64,000 nucleotides of DNA. Origin: Ranitomeya imitator (lineage: Eukaryota). The translations under genes and the position numbers were made by a program. The notes below the pieces were generated by a model. The model ran no database searches. It worked only from the letters and a program-made list of their open reading frames with translations, and had not been told where the DNA came from. Below are positions 32,904-44,826 of the stretch, in pieces. The first letter of the stretch is position 1. Every line of letters begins with the position of its first letter. The stretch lies in contig NC_091290.1 in assembly GCF_032444005.1 (NCBI RefSeq), positions 57,722,001 through 57,786,000 on the forward strand, in the 5' to 3' direction.

Positions 32904-33455
32904 TGTCATGCACAGTGTAGGACAGACTAAGTGCAACACAAAGGGATAAGGGAAGGGGAACCAATTACTAGGGAAGGGGGAGTGGAGACCCCAAGACAGA
33001 TCTAACGTCACCCTGTCTGTCCTATCCTCCCTATATAGGTTCCTCACCTATCGCTGAGCAGGATACCTAATCCCTGCCTGACCCTGGCAAAAAGCCCTGC
33101 ACCGAAAAGGACAGGATGAGCACTAGCCAATCCCCACTAACGCTAAAGACAGCTAGGATACACAAAACAAGGGAACACTTAGCTTGAGTATACTCAGACA
33201 GAAACACAGTCGTCCTTCAATCTCCAAGAGGACACTAGCCGACTGCTGCAGCTCCAAGCCTCAACAGGGAAGTGCAAATAGAAAATATCACCCGCGCTTG
33301 CCAGCAGCAAGCAGGAAGTAGATCAACCCTCAGGTTCAGGTGTGGCCATTAGCATCGGGTCAGTTCGCCCGCCACTCCTCTGCAAAGCAAACTACTGAGA
33401 CCTTCTGCAGACAGATGCAGGACAATGGTCTGCAGCCTCTGACACATCTGTGACA
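32904..33455. mobile_element. Solo LTR
   Basis: TGTCA...TGACA termini, flanks cctca / cccca; homologous to 20058-22189. Confidence 0.7.
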
Positions 33456-34422
33456 CCCCAACTCTGGACTGGTGACCCACATTGACCCAGAGGTGGTCCC
33501 CAAAATCAAACCGTTTGTCTACCAGCTCATTGGCTTATATAGCATCACGTCAGCTCCCTGACAGCCCGAGGAAAAGCAAGAACAGGCTGAGAAATTTCTG
33601 AAATTCTAGAACAAACGTGGAGGATGGATTGTTCTTCAAGGATATCATGGTTACAATGTCTGAGACTTGTAGACCTTGTGGAATAAAGTCCCCAAAAATA
33701 TCCCCAAAGGGCATTTAGTCCTCCATGAAGCCCTCACCACTACTACAGTAACTTACTCCCATACATGGATCTACCCAGATGATGAAAAGACTTGGACTGT
33801 AAGGTACAGATCTGGCCAAATTATTTAACCTTGAGGAAATGTAGCATCAGGTTGTTCGTTCTCCATCGCTAGAAGTCATTAATGAAATGTTCTTCTCCAT
33901 TTTTGCTCTACAAATCTGAGGCCGATGAATGGGGCACAGGCACCAGTGCCATGGGAGTATGCCTTGAAAATGGCGTAAATCAGGACGTCTACAAGATTGT
34001 TATTTACCACGCGGACCCCCATGAAATTGACTTTTCTGTAGCATATAAATACTGCACGTTCATTTAAAAAATATCCTCAGTGAAAGAACAGTTCATGTAT
34101 CTTCTGTGACCTCCATATTGTGCCGTTCCTGGAAATATATGACCACCCAACGACTAGATGTCACTTCCCCTTTGTAATGGGGTGTGTTCCTACACAAGCC
34201 ACATGTTATCGCACTGTTGTGAAATGATGGGAAAATTCATGATAGCATTTGTGCCATTTTTTATTCTGGATTTTGTTATTTTTCATTTCATGTATGTGAA
34301 CATAGCCCAAAATATCTGCAATGACTCCGTTCCATAACTGATACGAATTGAAGCAGGGGGACCCCCTTGTTATTGTTGGGGGCCTCTAGGTCCCAATATG
34401 TTCAGTTTTAGGATGGAAATTA

Positions 34423-34622
34423 ATGTGAATATTTTTCTGCCCAATGATGGCAGAAGTATTCTAGGTGTGATACCTTTATTGGCTAACCAGAAAATAAATA
34501 TTTTCTGGTTAGCCAATAAAGGTATCACTCCTAGAATACTTCTGTCATCATTGGGCAGAAAAATATTCACATCGATTTTTCTTGCTAACACGGTACAACA
34601 ATAAAATTTGTTATTGTACATC
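34423..34622. mobile_element. PLE-tail-derived palindromic mini-insertion with 13-bp TSD
   Basis: 73-bp inverted arms (34423-34495 / 34500-34572, 2 mismatches); TSD aggatggaaatta (34410-34422 / 34623-34635); shares ttagccaataaaggtatca and gctaacacggtac motifs with the 17504 insertion. Confidence 0.7.
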
Positions 34623-35298
34623 AGGATGGAAATTAAAAAAAAAACAATATTTGCTGCGGATTTTTCTGCTGCATACTTTTCGTCCATGGAGCTGAGTGAG
34701 GTCTAGTTTCTTTTTCGTTGGGGGCTGATGCTTTTAATGATACCATTTTGGGGTGCTTATAACATTTCACTTTTTGCTGTATTTTTTATTGGAGGGGAGA
34801 AGTGCTGTGGCAGAAAAATGTCAATTCTAGCATTTTCAATTTTTTTTACAGTATGATCTGATTTAGAGGTGTAGCTAGGGGTTTGTTTCAGAGGGGGGCC
34901 AAACTTCTGAGTGGGCCCCTAAACTGGTAACCCTGATTACAACTATGGTGGTGGATTCTAACAGTGGATGTAGGAGAACCTCAGCAGATGACCGCGCTGT
35001 TACTGAAAATAATCTCTATAAAAAGACCAATACTGATATTACCGCCATATGGTCAGTGGTAGATACCAGTCATACGGAACATATAAGAGATCACAGCACA
35101 GTTATAGATGGTGACTTACCGCTGACGTTCTTTCTGATGGAGTCATTCATTTTTCCCGTCTTTTCATTTGGCCCAGACCGACATGACAACTTCTCCAGCC
35201 ATGACTCAGCTGCAGAGAATACAACAAAGACACATTTCAGTTCTCACATTCCAGCCCCATCACCATCTATTCCCAACCTGCACAAACTCCCCATCCTG

Positions 35299-36182
35299 CT
35301 GATACCCCAATACTGAGCCGCTGCTGCCGTATGTGTCCCAATTACTGCACCTGATACCCCAATACTGAGCAGCTGCTGCCGTATGTGTCCCTATTACTAC
35401 ACCTGATACCCCAATACTGAGCCGCTGCTGCCGTATGTGTCCCTATTACTACACCTGATACCCCAATACTGAGCCGCTGCTGCCGTATGTGTCCCTATTA
35501 CTACACCTGATACCCCAATACTGAGCTGCTGCTGCCGTATGTGTCCCTATTACTGCACCTGATACCCCAATACTGAGCCGCTGCTGCCGTATGTGTCCCT
35601 ATTACTGCACCTGATACCCCAATACTGAGCCGCTGCTGCCATATGTGTCCCTATTACTGCACCTGATACCCCATTACTGAGCCGCTGCTGCCGTATGTGT
35701 CCCTATTACTGCACCTGATACCCCAATACTGAGCCGCTGCTGCCGTATGTGTCCCTATTACTGCACCTGATACCCCAATACTCAGCCGCTGCTGCCGTGT
35801 GTCCCTATTACTGCACCTGATACCCCAATACTGAGCCGCTGCTGCCGTATGTGCCCCTATTACTGCACCTGATACCCCGATACTGAGCCGCTGCTGCCGT
35901 ATGTGTCCCTATTACTCCACCTGATACCCCGATACTGAGCCGCTGCTGCCGTATGTGTCCATATTACTGCACCTGATACCCCAATACTAAGCCTCTGCTG
36001 CCGTATGTGTCCCTATTACTGCACCTGATACCCCGATACTGAGCCGCTGCTGCCGTATGTGTCCCTATTACTGCACCTGATACCCCAATACTGAGCCGCT
36101 GCTGCCGTATGTGCCCCTATTACTGCACCTGATACCCCGATACTGAGCCGCTGCTGCCGTATGTGACCCTATTACTGCGCCT
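35299..36182. repeat. 52-bp minisatellite (~17 units) inside a non-autonomous DNA element starting ~34866
   Basis: Unit ctgataccccaatactgagccgctgctgccgtatgtgtccctattactgcac; degenerate cagtagcccccacactgtat repeats follow to ~37330. Confidence 0.9.
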
Positions 36183-38964
36183 GCTGTGTGGCTCTCTGTA
36201 ACTTATAAATTCTTAAGCACCACTCTATAATATAGTAATGCCGGGTGCAAGTGCCCTAGAAAACAGTGCCCACATTGTGCCCCCTAGAAAGTAATATTGC
36301 CCTGTGTGCCCCTTTGACAGTCACAGTAACCTGAGTTCCCCTATAACAATAAGTGCCCACTTTACATTTAATAATGTCCCGAGTCTCCCCCTGCACAGCT
36401 CCCCTATACACAGTATTATGCGCTCTTATACACAGTATAATGACCACAGCACTGTATCGTAGCCCCCACACGAAATGCTGACCTCTTAGAAGTCCCAAAC
36501 TGTATGATGGCCACAACATTGTATGATGGCCATCACAGTAGTCCCCACACTGTACAATGACCCCCTCAGTAGCCCCCACACTGTTCAATGACTCCCTCAG
36601 TAGCCCCCACACTGTAGAATGACCCCCTCAGTAATCCCCACATTGTTTCAGTGCAACATTAGTAGCCCCCAATCTATATCATGGACTTTTAGTAGCCCCC
36701 CCCCCCCCCCCCACTGTTATGGTCCCTGAGTAGCCCTCACACTGTGTCATGATCCCCCAGTAGCTCTTACACTATGATGACAACCTCAGTACCTCCTACT
36801 TTGTATCATGGTCCCCTACGTAGCTCCCACTCTGTATCATGGTCCCTTTAATAGCCCCAAGACTGTATTATGGCCCCTCTGTAGCCCTCACACTGTGTCA
36901 TGACCACCTTAGTAGCCCCCAAACTGTCATGGCTCCCTCAGTAGCTTCCACACTGTATGATGACCCCCTCAGTAGCCCTCACAGTGTCATTACCCCCTTA
37001 GTAGCCCCCGCACTGTGTCATGCCCCCCTTAGAAACCAAAACATTGCATCACGGTCCCCTCAGTAGCCCCAACACTGTATGATGACACCCTCAGTAGCCC
37101 CCACACTGTCATTGTCCCCTTACTAGCCCCCATGTTCTATGATAGCTCCGATAGTAGCCCTCACAGTGTGTCATGGCCCCCTTAGAAACCAAAACATTGT
37201 ATCACGGTCCCCTCAGTAGCCCCAACACTGTATGATGACACCCTCAGTAGCCCCCACACTGTCATTGTCCCCTTACTAGCTCCCATGTTCTATGATAGCT
37301 CCAATAGTAGCCCTCATAGCCCTCACTATGCATGATAGCCTCCCCTAATAAACATCATTTACTCGTACACTTACCTCGGCAAGTCCAACAGCAGACAGTG
37401 GCAGGGAACAGATGAATGTAGTGATGTAATCGCACCAGAATTCACGTTCCGTGTGTCGTGGCTCAATTACGTAATCGCGCCGCTCCGCTTTGGACCTCCT
37501 GCGCACGCTGATACAGTTGCAAATTATGTATCTCCAGGTGGGCTCCCTGCAATCACCATTCAGTGACTGACAGAGGCCTTTAAATGGATAAACCTTCAGT
37601 GATCGGAGCAAGCTCCAGTTGCTTCAGTTACAGGCGGTTTTTGGCTATGTAGCATAGCCGGCATCTGCTGCATATGAAGTGGGCTCTGCTACTGAGTCGG
37701 TTTCATACAGCCCTAAGAGACCAGTGACAAAACTACATCATAGGTTAAAGGGAACCTGTCATGTAGAATAACACTATTAACCTGCTGATATGGCGTTATC
37801 TGGCGCAAGTTCGATCATCATTCTATGTATAGAGAGCGGCGGCTGTATCCAGGCCCCGGCACTCACTGATAGACTGCCCTAATGCTAGCCTGGTAGTGGC
37901 ATTAAAGGAGTGGAAGAAGCTCATGTGTGAACAGCAGCTACAGATAGGAGTGGGCTGCACTTGTGTCCCCCTCCTCAGGATCGGCTGCCTTGTTGTCCCC
38001 CACAGTATTAGACCCGCTCACTTCCACTCTCTGCCTCCTTGTGGTGCTTTGCAGTCGCTCTGCACATGGACAGATAAATCCTCTTCTGTAGCTGGCACCG
38101 ATGAGGATCGGGGTGTGGGAGGAGGAGGTACAAAGTGATCGCACCGCCGCACCACGGGGCTTTGTCAGGTAAACCCTGCTCATGTGTGTGCCTGTACAGA
38201 TTATAAAGTTTATTCAAATAAAAAAAGCTAACTAGAGATCCGGGGCAGTGCACTCATGATCCGAGCCCTACTGATGAACTTGGTGGGCGGCCCCTGCAAT
38301 CACACCCTGACACTGACTGACAGTCGGATATATACTGATGCACTGCTGAGCCGGCTGTCAGTCAGTGCCGGGACGTAGTTACAGCTGAAGTTTCACCGAA
38401 ACCTTTAAAGTTCTTGACCAGTTTAGAAAACTCAATATCCATTTGCCATTTATTGGAATCTGAGGCAACTGAAGGGACCCGTTCTGAATTCTCATCCATT
38501 AGTGAGAATGCAGATGACCAATAAACAGCATTCTCTGCTCTGGAGGAACCAACACTTCCATGATTTCCGTGATTACAGAGGACAATGTGTAATACCTAAT
38601 TTCTCCTTTGGAGGTGCTGTAGGGAAGTTCAGCATTTGCTACAGGGTATTCACTTACTGCAGGAGGTTTGTGTAGAAGGGATCAATTTGGTCTTTATTCA
38701 CAGCACATTGGGGCTTTACCTCTGACCCATATGGAGAAGCCTTACATGAGACTGGACGACCCCATCAAGGTCCATAGTGCTGGAGAATAAGAGTCAGGGG
38801 CTTAACCCACATTCGCTACATGGACGTCGGATGAAATAAGGACAAAAACAACAATGTAGGGGAAAAACAGATAATTTATTTATAGATGGGGGTTATAAAT
38901 TATTATATATTTTATTATTATGTAGATGTGTAAATTATTACTCTATCAGAATAATTCTATTTAT

Positions 38965-39099
38965 GAGCCGTGTTGATCCAGAGGAAGGCGAAAACCCCCT
39001 GTGAGGAATCGGCCAATTATCCTCATATAAGGGGGAAAAATTCCTTCCTGACCTCAAATAAAACATGGCGGGCAGAATAAATCCCAGGATCAAGGGCTC
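38965..39099 (-). ncRNA. Structured RNA module A with ENE-like U-rich internal loop
   Basis: Minus strand AGGAAGG-AAUUUUU-CCCCCU..UGAGGA..UCCUCA..AGGGGG-UUUUCG-CCUUCCU (core 38982-39049) inside outer stem gagcc/ttgatcc...ggatcaa/ggctc. Confidence 0.6.
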
Positions 39100-39354
39100 A
39101 TAGCTAATGTGTATATGTAAGTTTAATCTAAAAAATATATATTATTTAAAATTATTATTATTATTTTTATATAAATGTCTATTATATAAAAATATAAAAG
39201 TAATTTCTATTTTTGGACTAATTTATGTTTATATTTGTCTACTAAATTAATGTAAATAAAAAATATTATATTATTATTTTACATAAATTATATATTTTTT
39301 TATTATAAACATAAGAAACTACTTATTTATTCTACTTTACTAAACCTATCTATT

Positions 39355-39483
39355 GGCCGTGTTGGTCCAGAGGAAGGCGAAAACCCCCTGTGAGGAACCG
39401 GCCAATTATCCTCATATCAGGGGGGGAAATTCCTTCCTGACCCCAAATATGGCGATCAGAATAAATCCCAGGATCAAGGGCTC
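39355..39483 (-). ncRNA. Structured RNA module B (ENE-like, 5' U-tract shortened to U3)
   Basis: Core 39371-39438, same stems as module A. Confidence 0.55.
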
Positions 39484-39676
39484 ATAGCTAATATGTCATA
39501 CCTAAGTGTAATTTATTATTTAGAAATTTTCTATTTTTAGACTAATTTATTTTTATATTTATGTTAACTATTTTTTTAAACCCAAAAAGAAATTCTATAT
39601 ATATTTATTTTGTTTATTTTTTTTTGTTATAAACATAAGAAACTACTTATATATTCTAATTTCTAAACCTATCTAT

Positions 39677-39805
39677 GGGCCGTGTTGATCCAGAGGAAGG
39701 CGAAAACCCCACGTGAGAAACGGGCCAATTGTTCTCGTGACGGAGGAAAAATTCCTTCCTGACCCCAAATATGACGATCAGATTAAATCCCAGGATCAAA
39801 GGCTC
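39677..39805 (-). ncRNA. Structured RNA module C (ENE-like)
   Basis: Core 39694-39760; upper stem carries a compensatory change (gagga/tcctc to gagaa/ttctc). Confidence 0.6.
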
Positions 39806-39983
39806 GAGCCTAATCTGTAAAGTGTGGAAGTGAGATTTTTAAAAAATATTTTACTTAGTTGTTATTTAGAATGTTATTGTTTTGTGTAAAATAAACTATT
39901 TCTGATTTATTTATTTTTTTTAACTTTTTTGGACTACTTATGAGGGAATCTACATATTAATATATTGTACTAAACCTATTTAA

Positions 39984-40110
39984 GGCTGTGTAGATCCAGA
40001 GGAAGGCAAAAACCCCCATGAGGAATGAGCCAATTGTCCTCATATTAGGGGAAAAAATTCCTTCCTGACCCCAAATATGGCGATCAGATTAAATCCCAGG
40101 ATCAAAAGCC
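39984..40110 (-). ncRNA. Structured RNA module D (ENE-like, U6/U5 loop)
   Basis: Core 40000-40066; outer stem ggct...agcc preserved. Confidence 0.6.
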
Positions 40111-40788
40111 GAAATCTCTAACTACATGCTATGTGTCTATGTGGGGGCCTATACGTATCATGTAGTGTGGGCCTAAATCTATCATGTAGTCGGGGTGATG
40201 TGGATGTGATGGGTTATGGGTGAAATACTTACCCGGCCTGTGCTGAGGTGAGTTCAGGGATTATGGCCCATATTAGACTATTATTCCTGAACTCACCAGA
40301 TGGACACTAAGCACAGGCCTCTCCCGATGGCACAGAAGATCTTCGGGCTTGAGTGATGTGAAGAACTAGCCCAGGATTGGGCTGGTGCAGTGACACAAAG
40401 GCAGTGGTCCGACATGAAGATGTTATGGAGAGACATGATGTTCTAGGGCAGCTGAGGTGACAAACAGCAGCAGAAATATCAGGTACGGGTTAGGAGGCAC
40501 AAACTTCTATCTGCTGGATCTTCTGTTATCATAGAGGAATGGTCATCATAATGAACCATTCACCTATGAAACATCAGATATGATGTATGGGTATAATCGG
40601 TGTCCTGTGTGTACAGCGGCCACTCACCTGATGGTCTTCGATGGTTTCACAGCCCAGATCTTCTCATCCATCTAAGAATAACAGAGAGATGGTCATTGGC
40701 AGAAACACTGGGAAAGGACAAGGACGGTGATAATGGCCACAAGGTGAGAAGGACATTTGATGTGATTTATCCTCAGAGAAAGTTGATC

Positions 40789-41347
40789 TTACCGGGCCCA
40801 GCTTGGTGACACATAATTGAAGCCGGCCATGGGGTTAAGGGCTTTTTTTTCCTCCGGCCACTGCATAAGATGTTTCTCCAGAACTGGCCTGAAGGGTATG
40901 AATGGCGGCTGTGCTCTCCTTTCCTCCAGATCCTCCCAGCCGATGGTGGTAAAGAATGGATGCTCTCGGATGTTCCCGCTCACACCCAATCGCTTATGAG
41001 GCTTTTTGCACAGCAGCTTCTTGATGAGATCTTGCATGTCCGCATCAAGCCAAGATGGAATTTCAGGCTCTTCTTTGGTAATAGCTCTGTAACCCATTTT
41101 GCTGACGGAGCCGGTATAAAATGGGGAGTGTCCTGTTGCCATCTCGGACACCACGATCCCCAGGCTCCACCAATCCACTGCTGTACCATATCCTCTTTTG
41201 CGAAGCACCTCTGGGGCCATGAAATGGAAAGTGCCCGTCATTCCAGAGATATTATTGGAGGAGGTGACGCCATCTTGGGCAAGCCCAAGGTCGATGATAC
41301 GGATGTGGCCATCGGCATCCAACATGATGTTATCCGGCTTAATATCT
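40789..41347 (-). CDS. PKC/AGC-like Ser/Thr kinase, last exon (subdomains VIb-XI plus AGC tail)
   Basis: Acceptor cag|AGAT; (R)DIKPDNIML, IIDLGLA, GTFHFMAPE, DWWSLG, PPFIP, GFNYVSP, stop. Confidence 0.88.
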
Positions 41348-41514
41348 CTGCAATGAAAAAAACATCAGAGTAAGAAATCTGCCGAGTGATACAGGAGATG
41401 GAAAATGGGTCACTGCAAGATCATGTAGAATAGGGAGACAGGAGCCCAGGAAAGTTGGGGGCAATATTACGAGCACGTAAAGGGGACCGAGAGAAGGAGG
41501 AAAGTTCTGCTTAC

Positions 41515-41577
41515 CGGTGGACGATGTTGTGTCCGTGGAGGAACTGGAGGCCACATACGATCTCTGCTGTGTAGAAT
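41515..41577 (-). CDS. PKC/AGC-like kinase, exon 3 (FYTAEIVCGLQFLHGHNIVH-R)
   Basis: 63-nt exon with cag| acceptor and |gtaag donor, phase 2 at both ends, completes HRD. Confidence 0.88.
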
Positions 41578-41733
41578 CTGATGGAGAGAACAGAGTGTAG
41601 AATCAATGTCATCACTGGAACCTCCTTCCTGCCTGGGCCACATTCCCTGCCAGTCCTTTCCAAGCTCCATCCCAAACTCAGCTTTTATTTCCACCCCAAC
41701 TCTCACTTTTTGGTATATCTTCCTATATCTCAC

Positions 41734-41846
41734 CTTACATGGTCGATGTTCAGAGTGCCATACGTCTCAATCAAAGTCTCGAGGCTGCCGCCGGACAGAT
41801 ATTCCATGATGAAATATGCACGCTTCCGAGACTGGTGTGATGATGA
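41734..41846 (-). CDS. PKC/AGC-like kinase, exon 2, apparently 5'-truncated (SSSHQSRKRAYFIMEYLSGGSLETLIETYGTLNIDHV-R)
   Basis: Hinge region YFIMEYLSGGSL and donor AG|gtgag are clear; 5' boundary (catag|) is inferred and in frame with exon 1; the VAIK/alphaC segment was not found. Confidence 0.65.
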
Positions 41847-42330
41847 CTATGGTGATGAGGTGAGCCAATATGTGAAATAATCATGGGGTCATGGGAGCGT
41901 TTGTGTGTTTTGTCAGCATTCCATAGAAGAATAATTAATCAAATCCCCCATGTATGTACTAGAGAGAAAATAGAGGAAAAAACAAAATAGCGTATCTTTA
42001 AAATTAAATAATTTATTTCACATGTAAATATTAAAATTAAAACAAGGGAATATCACAAAATTATTAAGGGTCATACAGAGACCAGGAATTATGAACAATT
42101 GGACATATATAATAATGATAAATGCCAAAGAACACCTAATCCCTTTTAAATATCCCACCATCAACACTCAATAGAAAATGCTCAGTGCCAAAATCTTTGT
42201 TGTGGTAACCAGATAATTAGAATGATAAAGTGCCTAGTGAAAATCGGCGCGTTCGTAAAGGCTAATGCCCATCTGTAAACTATATCATGTTACTTACATA
42301 AAGTATTATCCTGGTGTCCGCGCCCTCAAA

Positions 42331-42378
42331 TACCCCGACAGCGCCATTTCACCGTAATGGCTTCCTCAGCAGGGGGCA
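42331..42378 (-). ncRNA. Minimal type I hammerhead motif with canonical core
   Basis: tgcccc[ctg]CUGAGGA agcc(attac)ggt GAAA tggcgctg UC ggggta; stem I tgcccc/ggggta; extra ctg duplication; stem III palindrome eroded by two CpG-to-TpG changes. Confidence 0.7.
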
Positions 42379-42838
42379 TGTGTGCTGCTCATGAATCTGC
42401 CCATCTGTAGATGTCCCCGTACACAGCTGATGGTAATGTCGGCATCACCGGTGATGTACTGTGCATGCGCCGGTCCCTGGACTTCCTCCTTCGTAAATAG
42501 TGCCTTCCTGCTCATCGCGTCTGGAACGCAAGCGTGGAACGCTATGAGTCACAATGGTGAGCAAGGCTGGAAGCCACGGGGAAGTTCCTGACCTGCGCAT
42601 GCGCCAACCGGGCGCCTTGAATCACAAAGAACATAATGGAGCTATGAATAAGAATAGAGGGAATCCGGGCAGGCAACAAGGTGCCGTTGTTGAAAAAGGG
42701 GGATTTTTAGGAAATATGGGCTTATATGTATCTATTTATAAAGTGCATAATTATTAAATCTAATAAAAATTACATATGTTTATAAGTCATGTGTGAAGTA
42801 TAATAATGAAAGAAACCTAGTGCACAAATATATATCAA

Positions 42839-44511
42839 CTAGATGGTGGCCCGATTCTAACGCATCGGGTATTCTAGAATATGCATGTCTACGTAGTATA
42901 TTGCCCAGCCACGTAGTATATTGCCCAGCCATGTAGTATATTTCCCAGCCACGTAGTATACAGCACAGAGCCACGTAGTATATTGTCCAGCCACATAGTA
43001 TATTGCCCAGCCACGTATACAGCAGAGCCACGTAGTATATTGCACAGCGACGTAGCATATTGCCCAGCCATGTAGTATATAGCACAGAGCCACGTAGTAT
43101 ATTGCCCAGCCACGTAGTATACAGCACAGAGCCATGTAGTATATTGCACAGCGACGTAGCATATTGCCCAGCCACGTAGTATACAGCACAGAGCCACGTA
43201 GTATATTGCACAGCCACATAGTATATTGCCCAGCCACGTAGTATACAGCACAGAGCCACGTAGTATATTGCACAGCGACATAGCATATTGCACAGCCACG
43301 TAGTATACAGCACAGAGCCACGTAGTATACAGCACAGAGCCACGTAGTATATTGCACAGCGACATAGCATATTGCCCAGCCACGTAGTATACAGCACAGA
43401 GCCACGTAGTATATTGCACAGCCACGTAGTATACAGCACAGCCACGTAGTATACAGCACAGCCACGTAGTATATTGTCCAGCCACGTAGTATACAGCACA
43501 GAGCCACGTAGTATATTGCACAGCGACCTAGTATATTGCCCAGCCTTGTAGTATACATCACAGAGCCACGTAGTATATTGCCCAGCCTTGTAGTATACAG
43601 CACAGAGCCACGTAGTATATTGCCCAGCCACGTAGTATATTGTCCAGCCACGTAGTATACAGCACAGAACCACGTAGTATATTGCACAGCGACCTAGTAT
43701 ATTGCCCAGCCTTGTAGTATACAGCACAGAGCCACGTAGTATATTGCCCAGTGACGTAGTATATTACCGAGCCATGTATGTCACAGGTTAAAAAAATAAA
43801 CATACTCACCCATCAATCCGAGGGCCCCTTGTAGTGTAACATACTCACAATTCTTGTTGCTGCTCCTCAGCGTCCCGTCTCTCCACTTCCTGGGATCCAA
43901 CGGCGCTGTGCAGATGGGCACGCGGCTGCCGCCATCTTGCGTTCCCAGGATGCTTTGCGAAATTACCCATATGACTTAGCGGTCTCGCCAGACCGCTAGG
44001 TCTTTTGGGTAATTTCGCAAAGCATCGCTGGGAAAGGAAGATGGCGGCAGGCGTGAGCGGACAACGGAGGGTGAGTATAGCAGGTTTTTGTTTTTTTTTT
44101 ACTATTTTTAACATTACTTTTTTTTACTATTGATGCCGCATAGGCAGCATCAATAGTAAAAGGTTGGGGATACACAGGTTTAATAGCGGCGGTAACGGAA
44201 TGCGTTACCCGTGGCATAACGCGGTCCGTTACCGCCGGCATTAACCCTGTGTTAGCGGTGAACGGAGGGGAGTATGGAGCGGGCGTCGGGAACACTGACT
44301 GCGGGGAGTATGGATCGGGCGCCGGCCACTGACTGCGGAGAGTATGGAGCGGCCATTTTCTTCCGGACTGTGCCCATCGCTGATTGGTCGAGGCTGTTTT
44401 GCGGCGACCAATCAGCGACTTGGATTTCCATGATAGACAGAGGCCACGACCAATTAATATCCGTGACAGAAGGACAGACGGAAGTACCCCTTAGACAATT
44501 ATGTATATAGA
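42839..44511 (-). mobile_element. Non-autonomous Helitron-type element with internal 20-22-bp minisatellite
   Basis: Minus strand begins TC (44511-44510) after A, ends hairpin cccgat..atcggg + 8 nt + CTAG (42842-42839) before T; repeats cacgtagtatattgcccagc at ~42890-43760. Confidence 0.8.
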
Positions 44512-44826
44512 TATATGAATCGTGTAAATTAATCACATACAATTAATAATCATATTTACAATAAATTATATAAATTCCGTATATATTAAAATAAAAACAA
44601 CAGCAATAATAAATATTACCTAATATAGTGTCCTATCAAGATATACATAATATAGCTAGATAATCTATCCCAAATTTTAATAGATATATTAAATATAATC
44701 TCCCATATTGCCACATTTAATCTCATGCACAAGATTGAACAACAAAAAACATGTTATATACCTACTCCCTAACTTATTAACATATAATATACAAATTTCA
44801 TGACACAAACATAAACGAACAACATA

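Noticed and set aside
32480-34100. Possible degenerate protein-coding remnant around the solo LTR
   Set aside because: Coding-like composition but no motif I can assign; multiple stops. Needs blastx.
38965-40110. Modules as self-cleaving ribozymes (hammerhead, HDV-like, twister) or snoRNAs
   Set aside because: No CUGANGA/GAAA core, no nested double pseudoknot and no C/D or H/ACA box arrangement found by eye; the U-rich internal loop fits ENE better. An Rfam scan is still needed.
42780-43809. Long YYVA/LRG-rich ORFs
   Set aside because: Translations of the minisatellite inside the Helitron-type element.
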